From the human T2T-CHM13v2.0 reference genome, Homo sapiens: a stretch of DNA of 64,000 nt. The notes under the pieces were generated by a model. It saw nothing but the letters and a program-made list of their open reading frames with translations, searched no databases and had not been told where the DNA came from. This document shows, in pieces, positions 27,886 through 42,489 of the stretch (positions within the stretch are counted from its first letter, which is position 1; the number at the start of each line of letters is the position of its first letter). A program made the translations under genes and the position numbers. The stretch lies in the NCBI RefSeq assembly GCF_009914755.1, contig NC_060929.1; one strand, given 5' to 3'.

Positions 27886-30249
27886 CACTCAGATCCTTAC
27901 CTTTTTATCAGCATGACTTAGGCTGACATATGCCATTGCTTCACAGCTCTGTGTGTTTAAGGAAGTCCGCCTCCCGCCATGGCACCTCATTTGCCTTTCG
28001 CACTGACAGACTAAGACATGGCTGTTTACTGGAGGCATAGAGGTTTCTCACTGCCCAGACCAGCCACACAGCAGGTAGTCTTCAGATAAACGAGTGGGCT
28101 CAGCTCACTCATCGGCAAGCAAGCCCAATGCTGCCAGCACATGTGGGGCACAAGGGGTCCCCATAGAGAATGTAGAAACATGCAGACTTCCCCACTGCCT
28201 CACTGTGTGACCTTGAGAGATCACTCAGCCTTGCCGTCCCACTCCGCACCCCCCACCCAACCCACCCCAGGATCACATGGAGAGCAGCACCTGCTCCCGG
28301 CTGCCTCCCAAGAATATGACGGAGATGAACTAGTCTGCTCCTCTCAGCTGTGCTTGGGTCCCGAGGGCGGGCTGCACAAACACCATGTGAGTACAAAAAA
28401 GGAGTCATTTCTGAAAATTCCCTTATTTAGCTGCCTTTTTATAGATCACTTACTTGGTGGAAAGATCAGTCAAATTTTACTAGGACCAAGGGTGAGAGAC
28501 AGATCTGAGATGGAGAAGGTTTTTACAGCACACAGGCTGGATGGACAAGAGTGAAAACAAAATACCCTGTTAAGAAAACATCTCGTGTGCCAGACTGGAA
28601 ACCTGGTCATCCAGATGGGGTTTTATGGCAATACCACAGCCAACAAACTGCAATAAATGTTCACCGAAGTAGGGGGAACGAAATCAGACCAGATGGGAGT
28701 TATACATACAGTAAAGGCGGGGTGGCATGTAAGCCCTGGTTTTGTTCCAAACAGAAGAAAGTTAGGAGAAGATACACTGAGAGAGCCAGGGCTGAGTGAC
28801 AAGGGCTGGCCAGGTAAGGGGAGGTTGGGTTGGGGACAGTGTCATGACCCAGAACCAGTGACTGAAATGTCACAGGGCACCTTCCCTGGGATGGCTGGTT
28901 CTCCTTAAGGACAGCCCATGGCTTAGCCTCTTCCTCTTCCCTTAGCGACACCTGATCTTTTCAGTCTGGATGCCTGCGCCTACAGTTTTGGTGTCTGGCA
29001 CCATCCTTTTTTCAAGGGAGAAATATTGCTGAAAATGCTGGTAAGATTCCCCCAGCTGACCTCAACCATAAGCTCGGCTGTGATTTAATACCTTCAAAAA
29101 AGGTGTTCGTTTCCATTTGATTTTTTAAAATAAAAACCTCAGGAATCATTTCATCAAGGTATATAATACAAACCCAAACTGCAGCCCTGAGGTGTGTATA
29201 TTGTATCCCCTCATGAAGTGATGACCCCAGTTTCTAAGCTATATTTACAGTATCATTATGTTATTTTCCTTTTTCCTTTACCTCTGTAAGTTTGTTCTTG
29301 GCTCCATCCACCTGGGTCTTGATTAGAAATCCATGCTAACCAACTTAAGGCTGGTTATTGGAAATCCATTGTGACTGACAGAACAAATGAAGTCTCTTTA
29401 TGTTTAGTCAGCACAATCTGCATCTTCCTTGTGCCAGCAAAGGCCTCTGAGGTTTGGGGAATTTGAAAAACTTAAGGGCTTAGCTTACAGATACAATATC
29501 CAAATGGCTCCCACTGGAAATAGCGAGTGGGATTTCCATCCCGTGTTTCTGGCACAGTTAAGTCATTAGGATTTGTTGAGGGCATTTTTCTGCGCAGCTT
29601 TTCTCTTCCCGCCCCAAGCAGAGCAACTGCCATTTAACTGCACGGCCAGAGGCTCTGGCAAAGTACAAACAGAGCTATTACAACTTGGAAGGAAAGACAA
29701 AAAGTGACAATAAATCAGGAAGGTAGTGAAGTTCCCCACAAGGCAACCTTCCATCCACCATCAGCTTGGAGGCCATCCTATAAACAGGCCCGCTGGATCA
29801 AGTGAGCTGACTGAAAATACACTGTACCCTTCCCCTCCAACCCTAAATCCCCAGAAATGGCAGGAAAGACATTTTTTAAAACCCCTGAGCATCTTAGAAA
29901 GGAGTGCTCTTTGTATATCAGAAATCATGCTCAATCATAAAAAATGAAAGGCAGATGTTTTCTTCTTCCTGAAGAGAAAACCACAATGCAAAATGAATGC
30001 AGAAAAATATTCTGCAAAAGGAAGAAGGGGATTCAGAGGTGCTCCAACCAGAGGTGTTGGCTACCAGAACAGGAGGGGACCAAATGCTTGGGTCAGATAC
30101 GCAGACTAGAGGGCTGTTATTAGCCAGGAGACACAGAAAGCCCAGGAGACAGCTTCTGATATGACCCAGCTGACAGCACTTTGAAGGACCTGGCTACATT
30201 TTCTGGGTGGCAGACTGTAATAAGTAGAAGCAGGACTCTCAAATGGGAT

Positions 30250-31037
<788 letters not shown>

Positions 31038-31199
31038 TTAAGCATTATAAAAATCCTCAAAGAGATGCATATCACTAAAAAAGAGATGACAGATTTAATC
31101 ACCAAAATAACTCAACATATAGGTCAAACATCACAATGAACCTAACTAAAGAATAAATTAGTGAGCTGGAAAATTTAGCCAAAAAATCTGTCTCTCCAG

Positions 31200-31500
31200 A
31201 ACTGCAACTATCTGATAGGGCAGCCACAACCACATGTGGCTCTTGAGAACTTGAAACGTCTGAATTTGAGATATGCTGAGGTGTAAAATACATACCAGGT
31301 TTTGAAAACTTGGTTAAAAAAAAATTTCATTAATAGTTTGAGAAAATATTGACTATATGTTAAAATAATGTAGACATATTATGTTAAATAAAATGTTATT
31401 AAAGGGAATTTCAGCTGTCTTTGTTCTTTTTAATGTGGCTACTAGAAAATTTACAAGTACATATGTGGTTCACATTACATTTCTGCTGGACAATGCTGCT
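31200..31500. mobile_element. MER33/MER3-like DNA transposon
   Basis: gccacaaccacatgtggctcttgag...gtggctactagaaaattt...ggacaatgctg. Confidence 0.65.
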
Positions 31501-32066
31501 GTAGAACCCGGGGAAAAAGCAGTGATGGAAAGAAGGTATGAAAAGTGGAGATACGGAAGACAGAGCTAGATGAATCAGCATCTGTTTCTCCTTGCAGGAG
31601 GAGATAAAGAACTGGGGGGCGGTGAGGGGAAAGAAACACTGAAATAATAGAGGAACATTTCCCAGAACTAAATAAATACACAAAGCTTTTTCACACTACC
31701 AACGCTGAAGGAAAGTATTCCTGCTGAAGTTGGAAACAAGGTAAGAGTGCCTGTTTTCACCTCACTAGTTAACACTGTCCCGGAAGTTTCTAGCCAATGC
31801 AACAACATAACAGAAAAGGAAAGGAAGAGGAATTTTCCTATTCACTGATGAATCAATGACTGCCTAAGTGCTGTCTCTTAAGTGCTCTCTCTTCTCACTG
31901 TTTTGAAAGGCCTGGCACCAACGGGCCTTCTCCACTTCTGGCTTCCAAGACATGGGTAAAGTGGAACACATCAGCACCTTCTCCTTTTGGGAGCAGCAAA
32001 GAGAACTCAGAACAAAGTCTCCATGCCCAGGATAAACACCAGCTGGGGTGGGGAAAGGGTGCTTAC

Positions 32067-32167
32067 CGACGAATGGCGTTGGTGAACTCCGCAGCCAGCT
32101 CATTCTCGCTGCACGTTGTCCTGAGTTCAGCTAGGGACAGAGCTGGGGAGGCAGCATCAGCACACTC
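32067..32167 (-). CDS. MCC: MCC coding exon (101 nt, phase 0-2)
   Basis: tgtcag|GAG TGT GCT...ECADAASPALSLAELRTTCSENELAAEFTNAIR CG|gtaagc; not shown in the ORF track but frame-consistent. Confidence 0.95.
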
Positions 32168-33034
32168 CTGACAACAGCAAACACATTCCAGTTAGGCCTG
32201 AATCCAAGCCGGCAGCACCCTGGAAGCCTGCAGCAGAGCGCGGTAGGTGGCTCGTGCAGTGATGGCAGCAGTGAGGGCACCGGGTGGCGCCCTCAGGTCA
32301 TGCCAAAGGGGAAAGCCTGGCAGCAAGCCAAAGAGGCCCCTCTGCTCCCAGACCGCTGGCTCCTTTTGCAGACTGGCCAGTGCGGTGGGGATGACACCCA
32401 GTATGCTCTGAGCAGCCGCTGATGCCAGGCACTGGTCTAAGCATGCCATATGCATTCAATCATTTAATCTCCACAAATACTCTCTGAGGCAGGAACTATC
32501 ATTATCTCCATTTTACCAAGGAGGGAATGAAGGCACAGTTATGCGGCCCAGTCACCAGCTAGGAAATGGGGGAACCAGGATTCAAACCCAAGCTGTGTGG
32601 CCACAGATCAATCTCTTGACCGCTAGGTAAAGCCTCTTGTAATCATACAAGACAAGTGAGAAATACCTGTGAATATCCTTGGTGCCCCATCCCACGTCTC
32701 CTTGGGAGAAAAGCAAACTCCTTTAGATTTAGGAGCCTTGCTGGGTTCAGTGTAATCATCAAGAAAACCCAGCAGAGGAGGAGGAAAACAGAAGTGCAAC
32801 CCACCCCATGGCTTAGCATTAGACAGGGACCTTGACATCATCTAAAGCAAATCATCCCACCCTGCAGATGAGGAAACTTAAGAGCCAGTGCTCCAAATCC
32901 TATAGTTAAGACTATTCAAAGCAGTGACCATGCCTGAGTGCTCTACATTCCATGCACAGAGAGGACAGCAGCCACACTACATAGTACCATGGCCGGGGGA
33001 AGGCATTCATCGGATGATCTCTCAACGGACATGA

Positions 33035-33433
<399 letters not shown>

Positions 33434-33889
33434 CTACAGAGAGGCACGGATTCAGTGCTGCAAGTCCAGGCATGTGGTCTCCCGAGGCAGTTCCTTGGCA
33501 GTGGCACTGCCAACACTTGAGTGCTCTTCCCTCTGCCATGCCCTCCACCTGGGCCGCCTTCCACCTCCTCTCCACCTACCTGCGCTCAGAGATCCAAGTC
33601 CCCTGTCCACCCTTGGAATCTGTTGAGATTCCCACAATACCCTCACTTTTTGTATATCCATTCCCATTTGATGTTAACATTTCGTGAGACTCCTTAAAGA
33701 CAGGGACTGCTCTGTCTCATTCACGGTGCCTCTCACTGAATATACTTGGCAGTATCTGGTGCACACAGACGAGAATTTCAAAACCTAACGCAACTTGGAT
33801 AAGATTTGGAATCCAGCTGTGCTAGTTGGAGGGAAGCTTTTTAAAGAAGCATAAGCACCCACCCAGTGGAGCAAGAAAAAAGGTTCAAG

Positions 33890-34525
<636 letters not shown>

Positions 34526-34734
34526 AGATGCTCGCCTCATCCAGCAACAGCTAAGACCAGATGAATAGCCCAGATGGGAGATTTTATTCCAACAGTAAAT
34601 GGATCTAGTATTTGAAAGGCAAGATAATCAGCTTATTTCATTACCTGAAAAACACAACATACTCTTATAAAGGTTCTTACTGTAGTGTTAAAAAAAAATC
34701 ATCTGGCCTTTTCCATAGGATAAATTTTCTTACT

Positions 34735-35025
34735 TTTTTTTTTTGAGACAGAGTCTGACTCTGTCGCCCAGGCTGCGGTGCAGCTGCACGACCTTGGGTC
34801 ACTGCAACTTCCGCCTCCCAGGTTCAAGCAGTTCTTGTGCCGCAGCCTCCCGAGTAGCTGGGATTACAGGCGCCACCACCATGCCCGGCTAATTTTTGTA
34901 TTTTTAGTAGAGATGGGGTTTCACCATGTTGGTGATGCTGGTCTTGAACTCCTGACCTCAAGTGATCCACCCGTCTCGGGCTCCCAAAGTACTGGAATTA
35001 TAGGTATCAGCCACCACGTCCAGCC
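34735..35025 (-). mobile_element. AluS SINE
   Basis: Antisense Alu; TSD aaattttcttacttt / aaatttccttacttt. Confidence 0.92.
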
Positions 35026-35217
35026 AAATTTCCTTACTTTGAAGCCACTCCACATAACAGTATTTCACCCAGTCAAAATAAATACCAGGAACTAGGGGAA
35101 AATGCTCAGTTCATGGGCCTTCTGGCAAGAACCTGGTAACTCCATTCCTACCACACCCCAAGAACACACACAAACACTAGCGCTCTGTCTCTAACTGACT
35201 GCTAACAAACTCAAAAG

Positions 35218-35249
<32 letters not shown>

Positions 35250-35399
35250 TTTTGAAGGTGTTTGTATGGAACCTCATCTTCCCGAGCCCCAGATACTTCC
35301 ATGTGAACCCAGATACAGTACCGCATGGCTGATGCCCACCTGCACAGCCTGACTCACCTCCCCCAGCCTTGGGCAGATGGCTTCATAGTGCACTTGGCA

Positions 35400-35900
35400 T
35401 AGTGACTTCTCTAAAGCCCAAACTGTATCACATCATCTCTTGCTGAGGACCCTTCCATGATTCCGCACGGCCCTCAAGATAACTCCAGCCAGTGCATCAA
35501 CTCCACAACCCTCCGGGCCATTGCACGTGCTGTCCCATCAGCCTAAGGGCACCTCTTCTCTCCCCTGGCCCTCCACCTGCCCCTCTTCAACAGGCTACCT
35601 CCCACTTTCCACTGGGGCTCAGCTCGGAAGTTCATTTCTTCCAGAAAACCTGTCCTGAATCTCCCAAGTGGACATTTGTGTCTGGCTTCTGTCCTCCCAT
35701 GGTGCTAAGAATTCAGCCTCGCACTGGGGACATTCTCTCACTGCTCTGCAATCACCCATTTGCCCACCAGTCTCCTCCTAAGAATGTAAATTCCTGGAGG
35801 ACAGACTGCCCGTCTACCACAGAGCTGCCTCTAGCACCCTGCCTTGGTTCTGGCACGCTGTGAGTGCCAAATCACATTTATCAGCTGAATGGATGAATAA
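35400..35900 (+). mobile_element. L2 3' remnant
   Basis: ctagcaccctgccttggttctggcac...gaatggatgaataaa, typical of an L2 end. Confidence 0.6.
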
Positions 35901-36737
35901 AAAGCAGCCAGGGTCTTGGGAGGGCTGGCCTGGCTGGGTGCCACAGCTGTGTCTTGTCTTGGCTCCTCAGCAAGTGGGAGGTGGAGAAGGGTGTAGCTGT
36001 GGCCATTTGTGAATCATGCTTCAGAGTTCTTAACTATGTAGGGAGTGACAATTCACTGTCACATGACATCAGTACTGTTCCTTCTTTCCCAGGTATATGG
36101 CTCTCCTAGAGACGATCCTGCACTTATGCTATGAGAAGCAGCTTATTAGACTAGCAAGTTGGCATATGTCTGCGAGTCCTGGGTCTGAAACAAATGGGGG
36201 TCAAGAGAAGCTTGCATTTATTAAGAACAGAAAAATATGATGCACAGAATATAGATGACCCTTGGACAAGGGATATAATTCTTTAGAGTCCACAGTTGTT
36301 TTTTTCCCAACACAGTATTTGGAAAATTCTGAGATACAGGATAATGGAATGAACTTGGATTCCAGAAAAAAAAAAAAACACCTGGGGGCTGATAAAAGAG
36401 TGAGTTTGCAAAATTCTATCACCAGACAGCCTGCTTTCAGATGATGTGGACTTCGTAACCCAAGGCTTCCTTCCTCCTCCTCTGCCGGCAGGCTGATTCC
36501 TGCTTACCACCCTGTGACGGTAGCAACGCCAGCAGGAAGGAGTCAAGGAGGAAATGCAGTGGAGAGAAGAGAGCCCGTTAGTGGATCTGGGCTAAATCCC
36601 AATTCTACCATTTATCAGCAGTGAGACTTCTCACTTCTTTGAGCCTCATTTTTCTCATGTAAATGGGGATAACTATTCTTTCCTCAGACCTGTGAGACTT
36701 AAGGGCGATAATAAATGCAGTCATTGGTACAGAAGTA

Positions 36738-37280
36738 CTGTAGCTCCCCCTTAACTGCAGTTTTGCTTTCTGTGGTTTCGGTTCCTCAAGGTCAACCATG
36801 GTCTGAAAATATTAAATGGGAAATTCTAGAAATAAACAGTAAGTTTTAAATTGTGCACCATTCTGAGCAGCGTGATGAAACCTTGCACTGACCTGCGCCA
36901 TCCCACCTGAGTTGCGAATCATTCCTTAGGCCAGCATAGCCGCAGTGTAGACACTCCCCACCCATCTGTCATTTAGTAGCTGTCTCCATTATCAGATCAA
37001 CTATCAGTGTCACACTGCTTGTGTTCAAGTAACCCTTATGGCATGTAATAAAAGCCCCAAAGTGCAACATTAATGATGCTGACATATTGTTATAATTGTT
37101 CTATTAATATTTTATTAGTTGTTAATCTTTTACTGTGCCTAATTTATAAATTAAACTTCAACACAGGTATGTATGTATAGGGGAAAACGTAGAATATATA
37201 AGGGTTCAGTATTACCTGTGGTTTCAGGCATCTATGGGGGATTTTGGATCATATCACCTGTGGATAAAGGGGGCCCTATT
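36738..37280 (+). mobile_element. MER44-like (Tigger) DNA transposon next to a MIR
   Basis: tagctcccccttaactgcagttttgctttc...aaatattaaatgggaaattc...cctgtggataaagggggc termini. Confidence 0.75.
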
Positions 37281-37622
37281 ATACCAATAAACCAACAAAT
37301 GAGGGCTGCCGTGTGACAGAGGATTAGACGAAGGAGGTGAGAACAGTATCAGTGGACAACTGCAGAGATCACCCCTCTGATGTGACTGTGATATGTGAAA
37401 AGGTTCAACTATTACATAAAGTGAGATTTGGTATTTCTAAAATGTAGACCTGGTTTCATTACACTCAAAATGTCACCTTCTTAGATACCTACGAATGGCC
37501 TGCATTTCCTATGCAAATACAAGAACTGAGGCAGCAGGGCGGTGAGGTGTGGCCAGTGGTCACTGGGCAGTCACTGGGCAGTCACTGAGCCTAAGGGTGT
37601 CCCCAAGCCACTCCGGCCCTAC

Positions 37623-37829
37623 CTTGCCAGGTTTATCTTTGCTGCCGCTGCTGGTGGAGCTGAGGGATCGCATCCGCTGCTCCTTCTGCTCCTCCACCTC
37701 GGACTTCAGGTGCTCAATGTGCACCAGGTAGGCCTGCTCCTGGGCCTCCCGCGTGCTCAGCTTCAGCTCCAGGGCCTTCTTCTCTTTCTCCAGTAGGTAG
37801 AGCTGGGCCTTCAACTCGGCCATCTCCTC
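37623..37829 (-). CDS. MCC: MCC coding exon (207 nt, phase 0-0)
   Basis: ctctgtag|EEMAELKAQLYLLEKEKKALELKLSTREAQEQAYLVHIEHLKSEVEEQKEQRMRSLSSTSSGSKDKPGK|gtaggg. Confidence 0.97.
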
Positions 37830-38559
37830 CTACAGAGCAAGGAGCACAGAGCACATGAGGCATGCCCGATCTGAGAGCAGGCCTGGCTGCTGCCAAGTGG
37901 GTGGGTGGGGGGTCCCCGGCTATGACCCACAGGCCCATGGTAGAGTTCTCACTTTGAAGTTGGCAGTAGGATGAGTGGGAGGAGACGTGGCACCTGTCAC
38001 CACACTTCTAAAGGAATGACGTATGGACAAGGCCATGCACTTTGTCAGTCTATGGACTAGACCTGAGACAGAAGGGTAGAAGTTACAGGCAAGATTGTGG
38101 TTCAATATAGGGAAAACCTTTCTAACAAATAGAGCCCCCACTCAGGCACATGGGCCTTGATGGAAACCCATTCTCTGGTCTGCAGAGGCTGAGCTGCACC
38201 TGCCAGAGGCTGTAAAGTCACCTATCCATGGAAGGCCTCTTCTGGCCAAGCCCCTTCCAATTCCCATTTTGGTTTCCATAGCACCAACCACATGTTTAAT
38301 CACACCCACGGCACCTCTGTTGCCCTGTAGCTGGGCCAGGCATGCGGCGAATGCCTGCAGCAGCATCAACCTCCAGCTCTTGCCTACTTCTCAGGGCCCA
38401 AATGAAATCAATAGAAACAGCATCCTTCACAGGTGACTGCTCATCAGACAACTTCTAAAAGTATCCTAAGAACTCAAATGAGAGCGATGAGTGGAGAATA
38501 CGAAGTGAATCCAAAATAGGACAGTGCCATCCTGGGACCAGGAGCCAATAACAATGACA

Positions 38560-38780
38560 GCCAGTAGCCTTTACTGAGCACGTGGCACTGTGCTAAGTGT
38601 TCACATGACGTGGCTCATTTCATCTTCCCAACCTGGGTTAGGTATTGCAACTATCTCCATTGACAGATGGGAAACTGAGGCACACAGAAGGAAATCCCCC
38701 TGCTTATGGCTACTGGGTAAGCTGTGGAGCCACAGATTGCAGCCAAGCTGTCTGGTTCAGAGCTATACTGCCTCCCTCCC
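38560..38780 (-). mobile_element. MIR SINE
   Basis: ggcactgtgctaagtg...ccattgacagatgggaaactgaggcacacaga MIR core. Confidence 0.75.
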
Positions 38781-39966
38781 TTTCAAGGTGAGCCCACGCA
38801 TGACTCTTGTCCCCGCACTTCTGCTGGAGAGTAACTCCACCAGCCCATGGCCACCAGGTCCAGCCTTCCCAGCCCACCGTGAGATGGACTCACCTGAGGT
38901 TAGTTCAGATTCTCACAACCCCCGAAGTCACCCTTCTGAGGTAATAAACCACAGGCCTGGTGCACTCTCCTGGGTAAGTTGGACTACGGGGTAGATGTTT
39001 TCACTCTCAAATGTGGGGAAATGGGTAGAGGACACCCCTCGAAAGGGACATTAGTCAATATGCTCAGTAAACTACTCAGAACATGCCAACCTTCTTTACC
39101 CTAAATATCAGACATAGAAGCCAGAATGAAAGGTGTGCCACGCCCAGAGCCTTCGGATCTTTTGCCATTGGAAGCAGGATTCTGAAGGTTCTGGCAACAC
39201 TGCATACTGAGCTAATGTGATGGTCGCTTCCAGAACAAACATATAAGTGCAGGCTTGAAAGAGGGAAAGAGAAACCTATGGGTGCCAGAAATGAAGAGGG
39301 AACTCTGCCAGAGAGAACGGCAAGGAGGGCAGGTGCTGGCCAGCAAGGCGTCAGACTGTCCTCAGGCCCTCCACCCGGGGGCTTAACATTACCCAAGGCC
39401 AGGGCCGTGGCCTCTGAGGCAGAGAGCCACAGCTCAGACCCCTACGGGAGCAGGATTCTCATCAGGCTGCCCATAAGACACTAGGAAACTTCCTTTCTGG
39501 AGATGTGACAAGTAAACTTGTCATCTCTCAGGCTCTGTGTGGGAAAAGAAAGAAAAATCTCTTTCCAGGAATTAAACCTCAAGCTTGTGTCATGTGTAGG
39601 TGTGGTACAGGAATCCAGAGCCAAGAACTTAATAACAACTAGTCCTAAACCTCAGAAACTGATGAGTCCCAACAGATCTAAACATAGAACCACTCTGTAG
39701 GGACATCTGCAACCCAGGATCCTCAGGGCCCCACGGAAGACAGTTTCCACAGAGGATGAGCTGGTGCTTGCATTCTCTCCCCCTACCCCCACCACCGAGG
39801 AAATGAGAATGAATCAGCACTGATGAAGAATGAGCGGATGCAAAAAGTAAGAGTCAGCATTTACAAGAAGCAGAAATAACAATGTGCAAAACTAGAAAAT
39901 AAAGATTTAAAACAAAGTGATACAGGAGTCATAATGAAGGGATAAGATGTTCAAAAAGGAAGAGAA

Positions 39967-40290
39967 GGCCAGGCCTGGTGCCTCACATCTGTAATCCCAG
40001 CACTTTGGGAGGTTGACCTGGGTGGATGACTTGAGCCCAGGAGTTTGAGACTGGCTTGGGCAACAAAGTGAGACCCTGTTTCTACAAAAAAATAAACTTA
40101 AAAAGTCAGCTGGGTAGGGCAGTGCATTCCTGTAGTCCCGGCTACTCGGGAGGCTGAGGCAGGAGGATCACTTCCAGCCCAAGGGCGAGGCTATAGTGAG
40201 CCATGACTGTGTCACTGCACTCCAGCCTGGGTAACACAGTGAGACCCTGTTTCAAAACAACAAACAAACAAACAAACAACAACAAAAAGA
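39967..40290 (+). mobile_element. AluJ SINE
   Basis: Diverged dimer with (CAAA)n tail. Confidence 0.9.
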
Positions 40291-41269
40291 AGAATGGATT
40301 TGAAAAGGAACCAAGCACATCATCTAGAAATGAAAAGGTATTACAAAAACAGAAACTTGAATTTCTCAGCAGTTGGATCCTAGAAACTGGTGAAAATCCA
40401 ACGTAACCTGCTGGATAATGGATTTGGTATGGGTGAGCACACATCCCCAAGCAGACTGGGAGGGACTCAGAGGAAAAGGGGACGGCTCTGATATTTAGCC
40501 TTCAAGAAAGTCATAGGGAACCAAGCCAGAATGCTAGCAATGGCTGCCCTGGATCATGATATTATGGATTGTTCTCCACCCAGCTTTTCTACTTTTTTAG
40601 AAAATTTCTAAGATCAGTACACATTTTATTTTCAAGTGGCAAAGGGAGTATTAGAACTTTTTATTCCAACAAAAATGTCTTTCTTAGGTAGAATACCAGT
40701 AAATTTATCACCCCACGTTGGCCAATTTTAAAAAGGAAATCCTTAGTCTTTGGCCAAAAGAAACACAATGTTTGGAACAAATGATGGAAGGGTGGCCTCA
40801 TAGCTCGTGCCACAGGCTGCAAGCATCTGCAAACAGGGCTCCCAGTTGGGGGAAAAGTCGCTACAATGATGGACCCAAGTCTAGCTCATAAGCAATGAGA
40901 GGTGGAATCAGCCAAAGCAGCATGAGGATTCTCTACAGAGAGGTCAGGATGGGAGCTGCGTGGCTTGATGAAGATGAGCCAGTTTGGAAATCATGGGGGT
41001 GGGGGTGGGAGGTAAGATTCCTGTATCTGTTACCACTGCCTAGTGTCTTCCCAAACTTCGCCCAGATTCTAGCTCAAGAAGCTCCCAAGGACAGGGCTGT
41101 GCTGAGTGAGTCACCCCTGAGGGTGTCAGGATGGCTGCTGTTGCCAGCTCCCCTCCACTCTCCAGAGATGGTGCGACCAGGGGGTTGTTTTTCTCCCTGC
41201 TGCGGACAGTACTGATCCCAATAGGAGCCATTAACTCTGCACTGCCACGACCTGCTCTGGCTTGCTAGA

Positions 41270-41531
41270 CTCCAGTTCCTGACCGGTCCTAAACTCAATC
41301 TCTGGCTCTCTTCCCCTCCCCGGAGGTCAGGTGGCTGAAAGTCCCAATCCTCCAACACACGCCTGGTCCTTCTGGTGACCAGCCCACATTCTGAAGCTGT
41401 CTAGGGCCCACCATAAGTCACCTCATCAGCATCACAAAGACACCCCTAGCTCAGCAAGAAACTCCAAGGGTTTCTCAAACTCTGTCCCAAAACCAAGGAC
41501 AAATATCAGATATGGTCTTATTTATACCACA
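41270..41531 (+). mobile_element. MER21-like LTR fragment
   Basis: ggtgaccagcccac..ctgaagctgtctagggcccacc..agtcacctcatcagcatcacaaagacacc. Confidence 0.6.
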
Positions 41532-42254
41532 GCTGCCTTCTAAGAGCAGGTACCAGGTGAAGGGCTGGTGCCTGGCATTCCACACCAGAAACAGGCAAAG
41601 TGATGTCTTGTTGTAGGTATGGCGGTTTAACTACTTCCCAGTAGGGGACACCAGCTTTCCAAGAAAGCTCCCTTCTGTAGAAATGCCAGCAGGTAGGTAT
41701 CTCCACTAGCAGCTGAAGGGCCCAGTGTTTCAGATCCACTGAAACACTGACCTCAACAGCACTGTACACCTTCACTGGAGGGCACTATGGTCTGAGCAGG
41801 CTCGACATTGCACCAAAGGTACAGGGTGTCAGGAAGATAGGGCTCTCGGCCAAACTCTACAACTGGCCTCACCCTGTTCTCCCCCTGCCGGAGTTAACAT
41901 CAGCATCAGCAACCCAAGACATATTTCCAAGCATTCTTGAGATTAGGGGTCAATTTAGATGGACAGAGGCTCCACCCTGCAGAGGTCTGACCTGGCTTCT
42001 CTTAGAGGATGAAGGGCTCCAAAGTTGGGCTGGGACACCCTGAGAAATCCCTTAGAATTCAACTCCCCTGTCCAGAAACACGCAGCCCAAGTGACCCCCA
42101 GACATAGTGAAACCAGCTCTGTCTACAAACAAGGGTCTAGCTCTTCTCTGGGCAGGAGGGGTTGATTCCTCCTTATCTGCTGGACCTGCTTTCAGAGGTT
42201 GTTTAGATTTCCTCCTGGTGGCAGCCTAGCACATGGGACCCACCCACCACATAC

Positions 42255-42489
42255 CTTCATGGCCATGAGCTCCTGCATAAGCACTGCGTTTTCCAGATCC
42301 AGCCTCTGGCTGTCTCCCCGAGGCTTGACGTCATAGCTGAGAGGATCGATGTGGATGCTTTCCAGCTCCAGCATGGTCAGCTTGACCGCAGCCCTGTCAT
42401 TCTTGAGCTGCTGGATATAATCCTTCAGCCTCTGCTCGTCTTCTTTAGTGAACTCGGTGTCGCAACTACTGGCTGTGGAGCTGGTTGTG
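42255..42489 (-). CDS. MCC: MCC coding exon (235 nt, phase 2-0)
   Basis: tttctcag|C ACA ACC...TTSSTASSCDTEFTKEDEQRLKDYIQQLKNDRAAVKLTMLELESIHIDPLSYDVKPRGDSQRLDLENAVLMQELMAMK|gtatgt. Confidence 0.97.
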
